A stretch of 64,000 nt of DNA from Macrostomum lignano (taxonomy: Eukaryota): the NCBI GenBank assembly GCA_002269645.1, contig NIVC01000376.1, positions 496,001 to 560,000 of the forward strand, in the 5' to 3' direction. Made by a program: the position numbers and the translations under genes. The notes beneath the pieces were generated by a model. It saw only the letters and a program-made list of their open reading frames with translations. It was not told where the DNA came from and ran no database searches. Positions 1 to 13,139 of the stretch are shown here, one piece after another; the first letter of the stretch is position 1; every line of letters starts with the position of its first letter.

Positions 1-1792
1 TCCAGTTCCGTGCGGAGAGGTGCCTGGCCTCGCGGCTAGGTTGCCCCCGTTGCAGTTCCGATTCACGTAGCACTCGTACAAATACACTTGGCGTTCGTAG
101 GAGCGGAAGCCGGAGTTGATGAGAATGGTTACACCGTCGGACTTGGCGGAGCGGGCCATTTGGTCGAAAACAAAAGCTGTGTTCCACTCCATGCGATTGT
201 CAATCACTGTTTCTGCAGCCAAGTGTTCCGGCAGAATGTACACCAAATTATACTTGATGCCATTGTTGCCTTCCATTTCTTCGACTACAGAGCTCGAATA
301 TGACCAGCTGGAGACACGGCACTCTCCTTCACTATCAGGCACTATTATAGACGTGTTAAAACTTCTGCATGTTGACTCGGGTTGCGCAGGTGGACAAGTG
401 CCGTCTTGAAAGATACCTTTGCAACTCCCTTGACCACACTGGTCCTGGTACTGGCCTCTCGGACAGGCCAAGCACTTGCTTCGATCCGTGAGGCCTTGGT
501 TGCTGTACGTGTTGGGCGGACACTCCTGAGGGCTGAGACCCGGGCTTGGGCAGAAATGCCCAGCTGGACACGGCTTGCAGCGGTCCTGTCCGGTTTGGTC
601 CTGATATTCCCGGCTGGAGCAGGGCAGGCACTTGGTTCTGTCAGTGGTTTCACTCGTTGAGTAGGTGCCAGTCGGGCACGGTACCGGATCCAGGCTGGGC
701 TGTGGGCAGTAATGTCCCACTGGACACACCAGACAGTGATTTTGGCCTTGCTGCACTTGATGCGTACCGATGGAGCAGGCAAGACACTCCGTCCTCAGCC
801 CCATCTCCTTTGTACTGAACATACCTGCCGGGCATGGAATCGGCTTCTCCGTCGTGGTGGGACAGTAATAGCCCTCCCGGACAGATCTGACAGCTGCTTT
901 GTCCAGGGTCGGGTTGGTATTTACCTGTTTCGCATGGCTTGCAGGTTCCAGCGGCAGTATCCAGATAAGTTCCTGGAGAACAGACCACAGGAGGTGGCAC
1001 AGGAGTGAGGCATTGTCCCTCGGAGCATCTGACACAGCTGATCCTCTCGCTCGGTGAAGAAGAGCTGGTGAATCCCGGTGGACAGGGCACGGGCAAGTTC
1101 TCCTTTTGAGGGCAATAGTGACGGCTCGGGCACAGCACACAGCGGGTTTGTTCCGCTCTACTTTGGTAGTAGCCAGCTTCACAGCTTCTGCAGTTCACAA
1201 GATATTGTGTGTACCTGTAGTAACCATTTTGGTAGCCTGGAGGGCAGGAAATCGAAACATTTTTTGGAGCAGGACATTCGCGACCTTCCGGACAAAGAAG
1301 ACACTTGCTCTGACCGATCTTGTCTTGGTAATAGCCATCAGAACACGTTGCACAGTTCACTCTGTCGTTCGTATGATATCTGCTGACAGTTCCCGCAGGA
1401 CAGGGTATGGCTCTATTCTTCGGAGCCGGGCAGTGTCTTCCCAGAGGACAAGGAAGACACTGTCTCTGGCCAGGCTTGTCTTGGTAGTAGCCATTGGAGC
1501 AACTAGCACAGTTGATTCGATATTCAATGAATCCGTTGTAGCTCTGCATACCTGGCGGACACGGAATCGCTCTAGTTTTTGGAGCTGGACACTTGTGTCC
1601 ATCAGGACACTTGTGGCAGTATTTCTGACCAGGCTTATCTTGGTAGTAGCCATCGGAGCAAGTCCGACAAGCCTGGAATTGTTTACTCCAATATTGGCCC
1701 GGTTTGCATGGCGTCACCTCAGCGGCTTCACCTAAGAATGCTTCTAGGAGTAACAAGGCACCAAATATTTCTATTAGATTGGACACAGCCAT
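1..1792 (-). CDS. Copy A of secreted Cys-rich repeat / M15B peptidase gene; 3' end runs off the window; same 1-nt frameshift at 876-878
   Basis: Identical to 10176-11967. The window starts inside the PGTSPHGTG motif. Confidence 0.85.
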
Positions 1793-2409
1793 TGTCTCTT
1801 ACTCTGTCAGAAATGCTTGACTCCATGCAAAAAGACCTTATCTATATATACGCATATATATACTTGTTGCAGACAAGAAAACAGGTCTAGTGGAAAGACA
1901 GCCGGATGCAATTGCGCAGAAGATAAGCACTTCAATCAAGCTAGTCATGTAGCGAAACAAACGTGGAAACTCAGCATCTGGTGGTTAAAACGAGCAGGAT
2001 ATAGAACGAATCAAAAAAGCACGTTCGAGATCGTGATGTCCACTAGTGCAGAGCAGCTGTTCTAAGAAAACAAAAGAGGAGATAACGCAATAAAAAAAAC
2101 TGGCTTTACACTTCCCTCAGCATTTTATGACTCATAAAAAACAAATGGGCAAAAGAAGAGCAACAGCAAATAGTAGTATATTCTGAGTCTGCTTCTCATC
2201 TGCTTTAAAATTCGTAAGCTGATCACCTCATCATCATTGGAATCATCATTTCGGTGTCTATTTCGCTCTTAAATAGGATTCATTTGAATAAAAGCTTTAG
2301 TACCTCATTGGTTTAAATATTCTGCATATCCTAAATGCAGGTAGTACCATCTCAATTGTGAGCAGACACAGAAGGACGCAGAACAATGGAGAGCAATGAA
2401 GTTGATCAG

Positions 2410-2964
2410 TAGCTCGATTGGCAGTTCATTACAGTTGGTGTGATGGGTGCCCAGTCAAACCCATCTGCCGAAATTTTCTCATTGTGGGCTTGCTCAACTT
2501 TTTGAAGGTGACCGCAGGCGCTTTTCTCCATGAACGGCAAAGTCAACTCCAAATAAGACTTCGTCCATCACTGCTCCACCAGCGACGCCTCCAGCAACGG
2601 CCCCCACTGGCCCACCAACAATAAAACTACCAACGCCGCCGTTCACAACACCGACAGTTTGCGATGACGACTTCATTGCGTTGGGCACCGCCGTCTTTGT
2701 CGCCACACATATAATGGATGCCTGCCGCCTTTCACATGACCGACAACTGGAATGGTGTCGACGGCATTGGATACGACTTTCACAGCTGAGATTCTCTCGC
2801 ATACTCGGTGTTGCCAGCGATGGCTGCCCCGGCTGCGCCTATTTGGGACACAATCGGACACCCTTTGGCAAAGTTCTTTTGAGTTTCCAGCGCTCCATCG
2901 GTGTCGCCTGCTGTGGCTTGAACCGCACTTTTCGCTTGAAAAATTACCGGTCGCTGTTGCCCAT
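2410..2964 (-). pseudogene. Copy A of frameshifted glycine-zipper small protein
   Basis: Identical to 12585-13139, with the same frameshifts. Confidence 0.55.
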
Positions 2965-3771
2965 CTCAAGAACAGAGACTACTGAAAATTGAAGGCGATC
3001 TATTTAATTTAGCCCAGGTTTCTGGTGAAGCCTAGGGCACTTTTAGTAACCTGTGAGTTGTTATTTTTTGCTAGAAAATAATTCTGGCAACTGACCTCCG
3101 GCTTACACACAATTCACTGGAATCTCGAAACGCAATGACAAGCGCTGGTTGCTTGATTTGTCATTTTTTACAGCCTGTGTAGTGTACCTGTGTGTGTGTG
3201 CTTTCCTATACCAAAATTTACCCTCTTTCACCATGCAGTGTTTTCATTTTTCATCGGCCACTTTGGATAGCAGATCCCCCTATAAGTGTAGCGCCAAACT
3301 CCCGCTCGCGTTTTCCTGTTGCTGCTTCCATGGCAACCGCATGAAACCTGAGTAGAGCTCATGCAAGTTTAGAGAATCGCCTATTAGCCGTATTACTGGT
3401 CGGCTGCCTGAAATTTTCATGCCCCCGTTTGCCAAAACCGGGAACCTCTCGTGTGTTTTCCCAGCAGCCAATTCTCTCCGTTTGAGACCGCGCTGCTCTT
3501 CCTGTCAGCCAGTCTTGTTGCTGCTGTTGCTCCAAGAAGCAGTGTGTTTGTGTTCCACTCTTACCTTTTCTCTCAGCCTCATAGTCCGTCAGTTTTCTGA
3601 TATTTAGCTCGTAGCAAGGGCTGTACCGCTCCATTGTAGCCTGCAATAGAGGGTGGGCGACAACATGGCACTGCAGTTTGCCGCTCCTTATGGCCATGGT
3701 AAGAAATTTTGAAAATTATAACATTTACGCCGTACATCAACTCAGTCAGTTGGTTATTATTTAGCTAGGTA

Positions 3772-4357
<586 letters not shown>

Positions 4358-5499
4358 ACACATGCTTGACGAGAAACTTATTTAGTATCAAGTTATAGAT
4401 TGTCATGCGGGTGGTGTGACACAGATCAACCGTGTCTAGATACACTCGTAGCCGCAGAATGAGGAATGATAGTGCATCTGGTACTCCGAGGGGGGTTAAG
4501 ATGGCTAGTCTATATAACTAAATCATTACTAAACTAAACTGATAAAGATTTCACTCCGAATTACCTTTAAATGAATATATGTCTCCTAAAAATGTTCTCC
4601 AACTGACGAGCGACGGAAAAGTTTTGAAAACAGAAAAAATTCCCACTAAATTATAGCTTGTAGAAAATAAAACTGAGAAAAAACTGAACTTTCTGAGAAG
4701 GTTAGAGTATGGATGCAATTTCCCATAAAATTGCGCAGCAAAAGTTAAGGATTCTGAGGCAGGCGATAATGGCCTCAACAGATCTCTATCATTTGTTCTC
4801 ATGGGAGAGAGCTCGCTACCACTTGTTGTAATGTCTACACTGCATCGTTTAGCACTGCCACTATCAAAGATAGGATATAAAAAAACAGTTTGCATGAATG
4901 TCTAGCCGTGGCTGGGCGGGCTTCGAAAATTGGCATTTGACAAACTTCAAACCGCCTCTGCTTCGCTTTAAATTGTTCTAATGAATGATTGGCAGACATT
5001 TGCCTGACTGAGGCTTTTATCAGCATTGGATTTCTGCTGGTACACTTTTGTGATTTCATATCTTTTCTGTTGCTTTCAGTCTACAAAGGACGGAGTATTT
5101 CCAGGTGAGTATCACAGCTGCCGTCGGATGCGTCCTTATGAATATCTCTCTCTACGAAAACCAGTGTAAAAAAACTTTTTTTAAAAATTAACGATCTGCA
5201 TTTTAGCCAATCACTGAACAGGTAATTATGGCTGCAGATTGCACAATTGATGGAACCAAACCGGAAATTCAGACCTGAAATGGCATAAAAAATGTTTATG
5301 CGTTTAGCAATATACAATCTAATTAAATCTGTGTTTTTGTTGACACTTGCTCTTTGCAGTATTCTCTATAATGCTATACCAATGCTTGTCTGTTTAATGC
5401 ATAGCGTTTTCGAGTTGTAGCGACCTGTGCCTTCTACGTACGGGTGCTTCTTATCCATGGAGATTTCGGCAGTGGACTAAAATTTTATTACTAACGTCC

Positions 5500-5938
5500 A
5501 CAGATACTAGAATAACTAAATGGGCCACTCAACACATTTGCGTGTAAGCTACTTTCAGTTCAGTAGTAAGTTAAACTGAAGCATTTTAATGTATTTTTTA
5601 AAGCCAAGGCTCATTTTTGCCTCTTACCCTCCAATTAAACCCTCCAACCGCGCCTTTCCACACTACCCCGCCCGTCCCAATTTTATTGCCTTTCTCGGAA
5701 TTCCAGCCTAAAGCGGCCATGTACATTTCAGTGGACTGGCTATATGTACATTACTGCTGAACCAATTAGCAAGTTGTTTACGCCTGCAAGGTTGTGTGGG
5801 CTTCTAAACTTATCAAAGTCTTTAGCAGCCTTTTTTAAAATAGCTTATGCATTCCTTGCTACGGAGCTGAAAGTAGAAAAGCTGTTTTGCTAAGTATATA
5901 TATGCCTGAGTGCCTATCTAGTTATTTTAGTATCTGTG
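5500..5938. mobile_element. MITE-like element (copy A of 15664-16106)
   Basis: Imperfect ~30 bp terminal inverted repeats cacagatactagaataactaaatgggccactc ... gagtgcctatctagttattttagtatctgtg. Confidence 0.65.
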
Positions 5939-6486
5939 CTACTACTAACTCATATATCATTTAACTCGATATCAGCTGATACTGCTAAACAATATTTAAT
6001 ATACTTGACCTGAGTCTTCTTGCATAAATTAAAAAGTTTTTTCGTGCTTTTTTGGAAGAAAGATTAACATCGTGTTTTGAAATCCAACATGAAATTTTTA
6101 TTGATTCTTACGCCATAGTTCAGGAAAGTAATTTCTTGTAAATTTGCTCTCAAGTTGCTTTGAAAGCAGATACATTATGTGCAGAAACTCAGGGTCAGTC
6201 TCAGGATCAAGTGCATATCTCCGGCGTTTCTTTGCTCTATCCTTGTTAACTAGACAAACCGTTTACTCGTAAAATCGATTCTATTAGAAAATTGCGCCTA
6301 AACTGGACGTCCCCGCAGACGTCTCATGGAGCTGGGACCTCGGCCTCGACCGCAGACGAAGAGCCTCTGGAAGGTGTCAATCAGTGGCACAGCGCCGCCA
6401 GGTATTTTTTTAGTCCGAAAAACGGATTACAATTAAACAAATTAAGTTTCTGATCCCACTGAGGCACTCCCTCCCCAAACTCGGCA

Positions 6487-8294
6487 GTGACCTTTGAAGA
6501 GGGCGGCCTGGTACCAGCGATAGGACGCGCGCGCAGGCTCAGCAGCCGCAGCAGGACGTGATGATTCTGATGTCGAGCGGTCAGGAGCTCGAATTCCGTC
6601 TGGCGCCCGAGCTGTCGCAGTCGCTGAAGCCCGGCCAGCTGCCTGACGAGTCGGAGCCGTCAAGCAGCACCGGCCCGCTCAGCGGTCGCAGAAGCCGCCA
6701 CAACAGGTCACCGTTGGAGTTGTGCAACTCGGCGATGTCTATGAGTTGCCGCCGGCCGCAGCCTCTGTTTCCACATCAGTGCAGAGCTTCTCAAAGACGC
6801 TGAGCTCGATGTCACCTGGCCAGGCCGTGGAGGAGTTCTCTTTGGTCGAATGTACCCAGGAGCTCTCGGGCGCGCCCAGAGCCGGCGCATGCAGCTCGTG
6901 AGTCAGCTGCAGCCATCGCTGAGCCGGACGAGGACCGAAGCAGCAAGCAAAGTTTCCCGGTCTGCCAGAGTCCAGGCATCCCGTAGGCAGCCGAAATTTA
7001 TGCAGCAGTTGCAGCAGCAACAACAACAGCAACAGCAGCAACTAAAACAGAGTTGTCAATTATCGCAGCCGAAGCAACAGCATTCAGCTTCGGTCAACTA
7101 CCTGAAGCCAAAGCAGGTTTCGAGCTTCCTCAGCATCTTCAGCAGCTGCAGCAGCAGCAGGAGACTCTTCAAGGCCAGTCGGAATTGAATCTGAGACGCG
7201 GAGCGTTCCCTGTCTTGCCACCGACAAAACAGAAGAAACTGACTGGGCCAAACTAGGTGAGTCGCAACATCAGAAGAGTGTTCAACAAAGAACAGAGTTG
7301 CGGAATTCTTTGTTAGAGCCGCTGCTGCAGCACAGTCTCAGCAGCAGCCACTCCAGCAGCAACTGCTCCAACAACTTCAATCAGCAGCAACTGCCTCAGT
7401 CAGAGCAGCAGCCACTCCAGCAGCAACTGCTCCAACAACTGCTCAATCAGCAGAGCAACTGCCTCAGTCAGAGCAGCAGCACTCCAGCAGCAACTGCTCC
7501 AACAACTGCTCAATCAGCAGCAGCAACTGCCTCAGTCAGAGCAGCAGCCACTCCAGCAGCAACTGCTCCAACAACTGCTCAATCAGCAGCAACAATGCTC
7601 AGTCAGAGCAGCAGCCACTCCAGCAGCAACTGCTCCAACAACTGTAACCAAGCAGCAGCCCCAGTCAGAGCAGCAGCAGCAACTGCTCCAACAACTGCTC
7701 AACCAGCAGCAGCCTCAGTCAGAGCAGCAACAGCAACTGCTCCAACAACTGCTCAACAGCAGCAGCCTCAGTCAGAGCAGCAACAGCAATGCTCCAACAA
7801 CTGCTCAACCAGCAGCAGCCCAGTCAGAGCAGCAACAGCAACTGCTCCAACAACTGCTCAACCAGCAGCAGCCCCAGTCAGAGCAGCAACAGCAACTGCT
7901 CCAACAACTGCTCAACGCAGCAGCCTCAGTCAGAGCGCAACAGCAACTGCTCCAACAACTGCTCAACCAGCAGCAGCCTCAGTCAGAGCAGCAACAGCAA
8001 CTGCTTCAACAACTGCTCAACCAAGCAGCCCCAGTCAAGAGCGCAAACAGCAAGATGTGCCAGCTCAGTTGCAGCAGCAGCAGCAGGACCGCCAACTAGC
8101 GGAACACGAGCAGTCAGAGCAACTTTCGTTCCAGAATCAATCTCAGCTGATGAGCAGGAACAGCAGCTTCAGTCTCAGTCAGAGCAGGAGCAGCATGCTG
8201 GTGAAGCGACAGATTCAACTATTGACGATGCTGACAAAGACACGACATCGAAGACGCCAGTGGAGACAGACTCAGACAAAGAATCGGACAAAGA
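6487..8294 (+). pseudogene. Indel-riddled partial copy of exon 1 of the NACHT-WD gene, ending at the gap (sequence errors or decay)
   Basis: Aligns to 16660-18521, but many small indels break the polyQ frame. Confidence 0.8.
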
Positions 8295-8497
8295 NNNNNN
8301 NNNNNNNNNNNNNNNNNNNNNNNNNNNNNNNNNNNNNNNNNNNNNNNNNNNNNNNNNNNNNNNNNNNNNNNNNNNNNNNNNNNNNNNNNNNNNNNNNNNN
8401 NNNNNNNNNNNNNNNNNNNNNNNNNNNNNNNNNNNNNNNNNNNNNNNNNNNNNNNNNNNNNNNNNNNNNNNNNNNNNNNNNNNNNNNNNNNNNNNNN
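8295..8497. other. Assembly gap (203 N)
   Basis: Run of n. Confidence 1.
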
Positions 8498-8829
8498 GAA
8501 GGCGTGAGCAAGGAAGTGAAGCAGTGGGAGCACGCCGAATGGAAGACACGTATGGGCAGTCCAGAGGAAGGTGGTTAGACCCGCAGTTCAGGCAGGAATA
8601 GACAGCGAGAGGTCAGCCTCAGAGGATGAGAACGGGACACTCGCTGGAGCTGGCAGGGAGAAGGAATTGTTGAGGCTGAAGAGGACGAAAGTTGCAGGCT
8701 GCACGTGTGGCATGGAGGTGAAACGGTTGTACAACCTGCTTGAATGTCCAGTGACGGAAGCGAGCGCAGATGTATCCCATTGATGGAGCGGGAAGATGAG
8801 ATGGAAGCAGAAGGATTGAGGCAGGGTGT

Positions 8830-9295
8830 CTAATAACAACAAAAACAACAACAACAAAGTACGCAGCCGCCCAGCATGCAAGGTCACAGTTATAGCAGGG
8901 CGCGTCAGATGGCGCGCCGCAAAGCCTGAGAGCGGACAATAAGTCCGCTCCGTTGGCAGTGTCGGGCGCCCCAGCGTCGCACAGCAGCAGTCCACGTATT
9001 GGCGGGTTTGGGCCTGACCCCGCCTGAACGCGGCCCTGCAAGGTGAGCAGCAGGACTCCTGAACAGGTTGGGGCAGTAGCCTTGGATCGGATCACGTGGC
9101 CGCAGTTGAAGTCGCCGCCAGCGCAGGATGGTGAACGGGCGCTGCAGCTTGGCCGATCGTACAGGGCCTCGGTAACGGCGTCAGCCTTGAGTGCGCCGAG
9201 TCCAGCTGCGCTCTAGCGTAGCCGTCAGCGTCTACGTCTCGGCATTGTGGAGCAGGACGGTGTCGACCACCGCCTGCCACAGCCGTCGAGGGTGT
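8830..9295 (-). mobile_element. 5'-truncated, degenerate non-LTR retrotransposon (RTE-like LINE) 3' end with simple-repeat tail
   Basis: Minus strand reads, across frameshifts, RLWQAVVDTVLLHNAET*TLTATLER..LDSAHSRL..RWRRLQL.GHVIRS. This matches the post-RT region typical of RTE-like LINEs (LLYG.ETW.L, RRL..AGH..R). Tail is (TTG)n/TTA at ~8830-8858. Confidence 0.7.
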
Positions 9296-9522
9296 TAATT
9301 GCAACCTCGGGCAAACAGGAAAACGGGCAAACACTTGAGGCAGTTTAAGAATCAACAATTTTACAACAACAGCAGCAGCACAGCACTGTTAATGATCGAT
9401 GTTTCAATGAAATTCATGCAAACTCGTAATCCGCTGGCTGCCGAAGAGGCGGGAGGCAAGCTAACGAATGAGTTTATTTATCCTTTCGTCTGTAGAAGTG
9501 CGAGCAATTAAATAAGGTTATT

Positions 9523-9609
9523 ATGTAATGTAATGTAATGTAATGTAATGTAATGTAATGTAATGTAATGTAATGTAATGTAATGTAATGTAGTGTAATG
9601 TAATGTAAT
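9523..9609. repeat. (GTAAT)n microsatellite
   Basis: Direct reading. Confidence 0.95.
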
Positions 9610-9983
9610 AATGTTTTTGAATCTGGCAGAGTTACAACTTTCACCAAAAACATCGCGCTTCTACAAGCTCGTACGAAAGTGCAGGCGTATGAAACTGGAT
9701 TACGTTTTTAATTAATATTAGAGTTGAGCTGAAGTAAACTAATCAGTACCGGGTTTCAACCTCCTCTAAAAACCAAAAATTAGCGCAAAAATATGAAACA
9801 AAAAGTACCAAAAAACCGTGCATGGACTATGCTACAAAAAATCTACGGGCGTACATCGCCATCAATTGCCATCACCATAATAAATAATTGGTATTGCAGT
9901 TCTAATTTCAAAAATTAGGTGAAAATTAATTACGCCAGTGCAATCGCTCAATTACGAGTATAGGTTCGCCCGTCCTGACTCGC

Positions 9984-11967
9984 TCAGGTAAAAATCGGAC
10001 GACCAACCTCGACTCTTCGAAGTTCCCAATGCCACGGCTCCGATTTCACGGTGCGCACGAACCCAAACATGTGTGCATTGCCCTTCAGCCACACGTAGAC
10101 GGCGCTGTCGGCACATTCAGGTGGAGGCCGGTCCCCTGTCTGCTTGCCACAGTTCGTGTTCAGATCGAGAGCCACTCCAGTTCCGTGCGGAGAGGTGCCT
10201 GGCCTCGCGGCTAGGTTGCCCCCGTTGCAGTTCCGATTCACGTAGCACTCGTACAAATACACTTGGCGTTCGTAGGAGCGGAAGCCGGAGTTGATGAGAA
10301 TGGTTACACCGTCGGACTTGGCGGAGCGGGCCATTTGGTCGAAAACAAAAGCTGTGTTCCACTCCATGCGATTGTCAATCACTGTTTCTGCAGCCAAGTG
10401 TTCCGGCAGAATGTACACCAAATTATACTTGATGCCATTGTTGCCTTCCATTTCTTCGACTACAGAGCTCGAATATGACCAGCTGGAGACACGGCACTCT
10501 CCTTCACTATCAGGCACTATTATAGACGTGTTAAAACTTCTGCATGTTGACTCGGGTTGCGCAGGTGGACAAGTGCCGTCTTGAAAGATACCTTTGCAAC
10601 TCCCTTGACCACACTGGTCCTGGTACTGGCCTCTCGGACAGGCCAAGCACTTGCTTCGATCCGTGAGGCCTTGGTTGCTGTACGTGTTGGGCGGACACTC
10701 CTGAGGGCTGAGACCCGGGCTTGGGCAGAAATGCCCAGCTGGACACGGCTTGCAGCGGTCCTGTCCGGTTTGGTCCTGATATTCCCGGCTGGAGCAGGGC
10801 AGGCACTTGGTTCTGTCAGTGGTTTCACTCGTTGAGTAGGTGCCAGTCGGGCACGGTACCGGATCCAGGCTGGGCTGTGGGCAGTAATGTCCCACTGGAC
10901 ACACCAGACAGTGATTTTGGCCTTGCTGCACTTGATGCGTACCGATGGAGCAGGCAAGACACTCCGTCCTCAGCCCCATCTCCTTTGTACTGAACATACC
11001 TGCCGGGCATGGAATCGGCTTCTCCGTCGTGGTGGGACAGTAATAGCCCTCCCGGACAGATCTGACAGCTGCTTTGTCCAGGGTCGGGTTGGTATTTACC
11101 TGTTTCGCATGGCTTGCAGGTTCCAGCGGCAGTATCCAGATAAGTTCCTGGAGAACAGACCACAGGAGGTGGCACAGGAGTGAGGCATTGTCCCTCGGAG
11201 CATCTGACACAGCTGATCCTCTCGCTCGGTGAAGAAGAGCTGGTGAATCCCGGTGGACAGGGCACGGGCAAGTTCTCCTTTTGAGGGCAATAGTGACGGC
11301 TCGGGCACAGCACACAGCGGGTTTGTTCCGCTCTACTTTGGTAGTAGCCAGCTTCACAGCTTCTGCAGTTCACAAGATATTGTGTGTACCTGTAGTAACC
11401 ATTTTGGTAGCCTGGAGGGCAGGAAATCGAAACATTTTTTGGAGCAGGACATTCGCGACCTTCCGGACAAAGAAGACACTTGCTCTGACCGATCTTGTCT
11501 TGGTAATAGCCATCAGAACACGTTGCACAGTTCACTCTGTCGTTCGTATGATATCTGCTGACAGTTCCCGCAGGACAGGGTATGGCTCTATTCTTCGGAG
11601 CCGGGCAGTGTCTTCCCAGAGGACAAGGAAGACACTGTCTCTGGCCAGGCTTGTCTTGGTAGTAGCCATTGGAGCAACTAGCACAGTTGATTCGATATTC
11701 AATGAATCCGTTGTAGCTCTGCATACCTGGCGGACACGGAATCGCTCTAGTTTTTGGAGCTGGACACTTGTGTCCATCAGGACACTTGTGGCAGTATTTC
11801 TGACCAGGCTTATCTTGGTAGTAGCCATCGGAGCAAGTCCGACAAGCCTGGAATTGTTTACTCCAATATTGGCCCGGTTTGCATGGCGTCACCTCAGCGG
11901 CTTCACCTAAGAATGCTTCTAGGAGTAACAAGGCACCAAATATTTCTATTAGATTGGACACAGCCAT
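9984..11967 (-). CDS. Secreted Cys-rich repeat protein (GCC2/GCC3, ephrin-receptor-like CxxGxY repeats) with C-terminal M15B VanY-like Zn D-Ala-D-Ala carboxypeptidase/peptidoglycan peptidase domain; ~660 aa if one extra base at 11051-11053 is removed
   Basis: Signal-peptide-like start MAVSNLIEIFGALLLLEAFLGEAAE. Repeated C..C..GYYQD..GQ..C..CP.G..CP units. M15 motifs SGFRS (10275-10289), SPHGTGVALD (SxHxxGxAxD) and EPWH (10029-10040). ORFs 10825-11967 and 9984-11357 join at CQICP/EGYYCP. No introns. Confidence 0.85.
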
Positions 11968-12584
11968 TGTCTCTTACTCTGTCAGAAATGCTTGACTCCA
12001 TGCAAAAAGACCTTATCTATATATACGCATATATATACTTGTTGCAGACAAGAAAACAGGTCTAGTGGAAAGACAGCCGGATGCAATTGCGCAGAAGATA
12101 AGCACTTCAATCAAGCTAGTCATGTAGCGAAACAAACGTGGAAACTCAGCATCTGGTGGTTAAAACGAGCAGGATATAGAACGAATCAAAAAAGCACGTT
12201 CGAGATCGTGATGTCCACTAGTGCAGAGCAGCTGTTCTAAGAAAACAAAAGAGGAGATAACGCAATAAAAAAAACTGGCTTTACACTTCCCTCAGCATTT
12301 TATGACTCATAAAAAACAAATGGGCAAAAGAAGAGCAACAGCAAATAGTAGTATATTCTGAGTCTGCTTCTCATCTGCTTTAAAATTCGTAAGCTGATCA
12401 CCTCATCATCATTGGAATCATCATTTCGGTGTCTATTTCGCTCTTAAATAGGATTCATTTGAATAAAAGCTTTAGTACCTCATTGGTTTAAATATTCTGC
12501 ATATCCTAAATGCAGGTAGTACCATCTCAATTGTGAGCAGACACAGAAGGACGCAGAACAATGGAGAGCAATGAAGTTGATCAG

Positions 12585-13139
12585 TAGCTCGATTGGCAGT
12601 TCATTACAGTTGGTGTGATGGGTGCCCAGTCAAACCCATCTGCCGAAATTTTCTCATTGTGGGCTTGCTCAACTTTTTGAAGGTGACCGCAGGCGCTTTT
12701 CTCCATGAACGGCAAAGTCAACTCCAAATAAGACTTCGTCCATCACTGCTCCACCAGCGACGCCTCCAGCAACGGCCCCCACTGGCCCACCAACAATAAA
12801 ACTACCAACGCCGCCGTTCACAACACCGACAGTTTGCGATGACGACTTCATTGCGTTGGGCACCGCCGTCTTTGTCGCCACACATATAATGGATGCCTGC
12901 CGCCTTTCACATGACCGACAACTGGAATGGTGTCGACGGCATTGGATACGACTTTCACAGCTGAGATTCTCTCGCATACTCGGTGTTGCCAGCGATGGCT
13001 GCCCCGGCTGCGCCTATTTGGGACACAATCGGACACCCTTTGGCAAAGTTCTTTTGAGTTTCCAGCGCTCCATCGGTGTCGCCTGCTGTGGCTTGAACCG
13101 CACTTTTCGCTTGAAAAATTACCGGTCGCTGTTGCCCAT
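12585..13139 (-). pseudogene. Frameshifted gene for a small protein with glycine-zipper hydrophobic segment
   Basis: Joining frames gives MGNSD(P)VIFQAKSAVQATAGDTDGALETQKNFAKGCPIVSQIGAAGAAIAGNTEYARESQL/VKVVSNAVDTIPVVGHVKGG/IHYMCGDKDGG/NAMKSSSQTVGVVNGGVGSFIVGGPVGAVAGGVAGGAVMD. At least 4 frame breaks are needed. The 3' end is approximate. Confidence 0.55.

Noticed and set aside
8520-8790. Minus-strand CLNCGSNHLPLDCP zinc-knuckle-like motif
   Set aside because: Preceded by two in-frame stops, with no other gag or ORF1 features; could be chance or an unrecognisable relic.
10000-10400. M15-fold domain as a Hedgehog N-terminal domain
   Set aside because: The motifs (SGFRS, SxHxxGxAxD, EPWH) follow the VanY/M15B pattern; there is no Hedgehog CGPGR start and no Hint domain.
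9984-11967. Peptidase gene as bacterial contamination
   Set aside because: It is contiguous (no gap) with microsatellites and an intron-containing gene, and is fused in one reading unit to eukaryote-type Cys repeats. Not fully excluded without reads.
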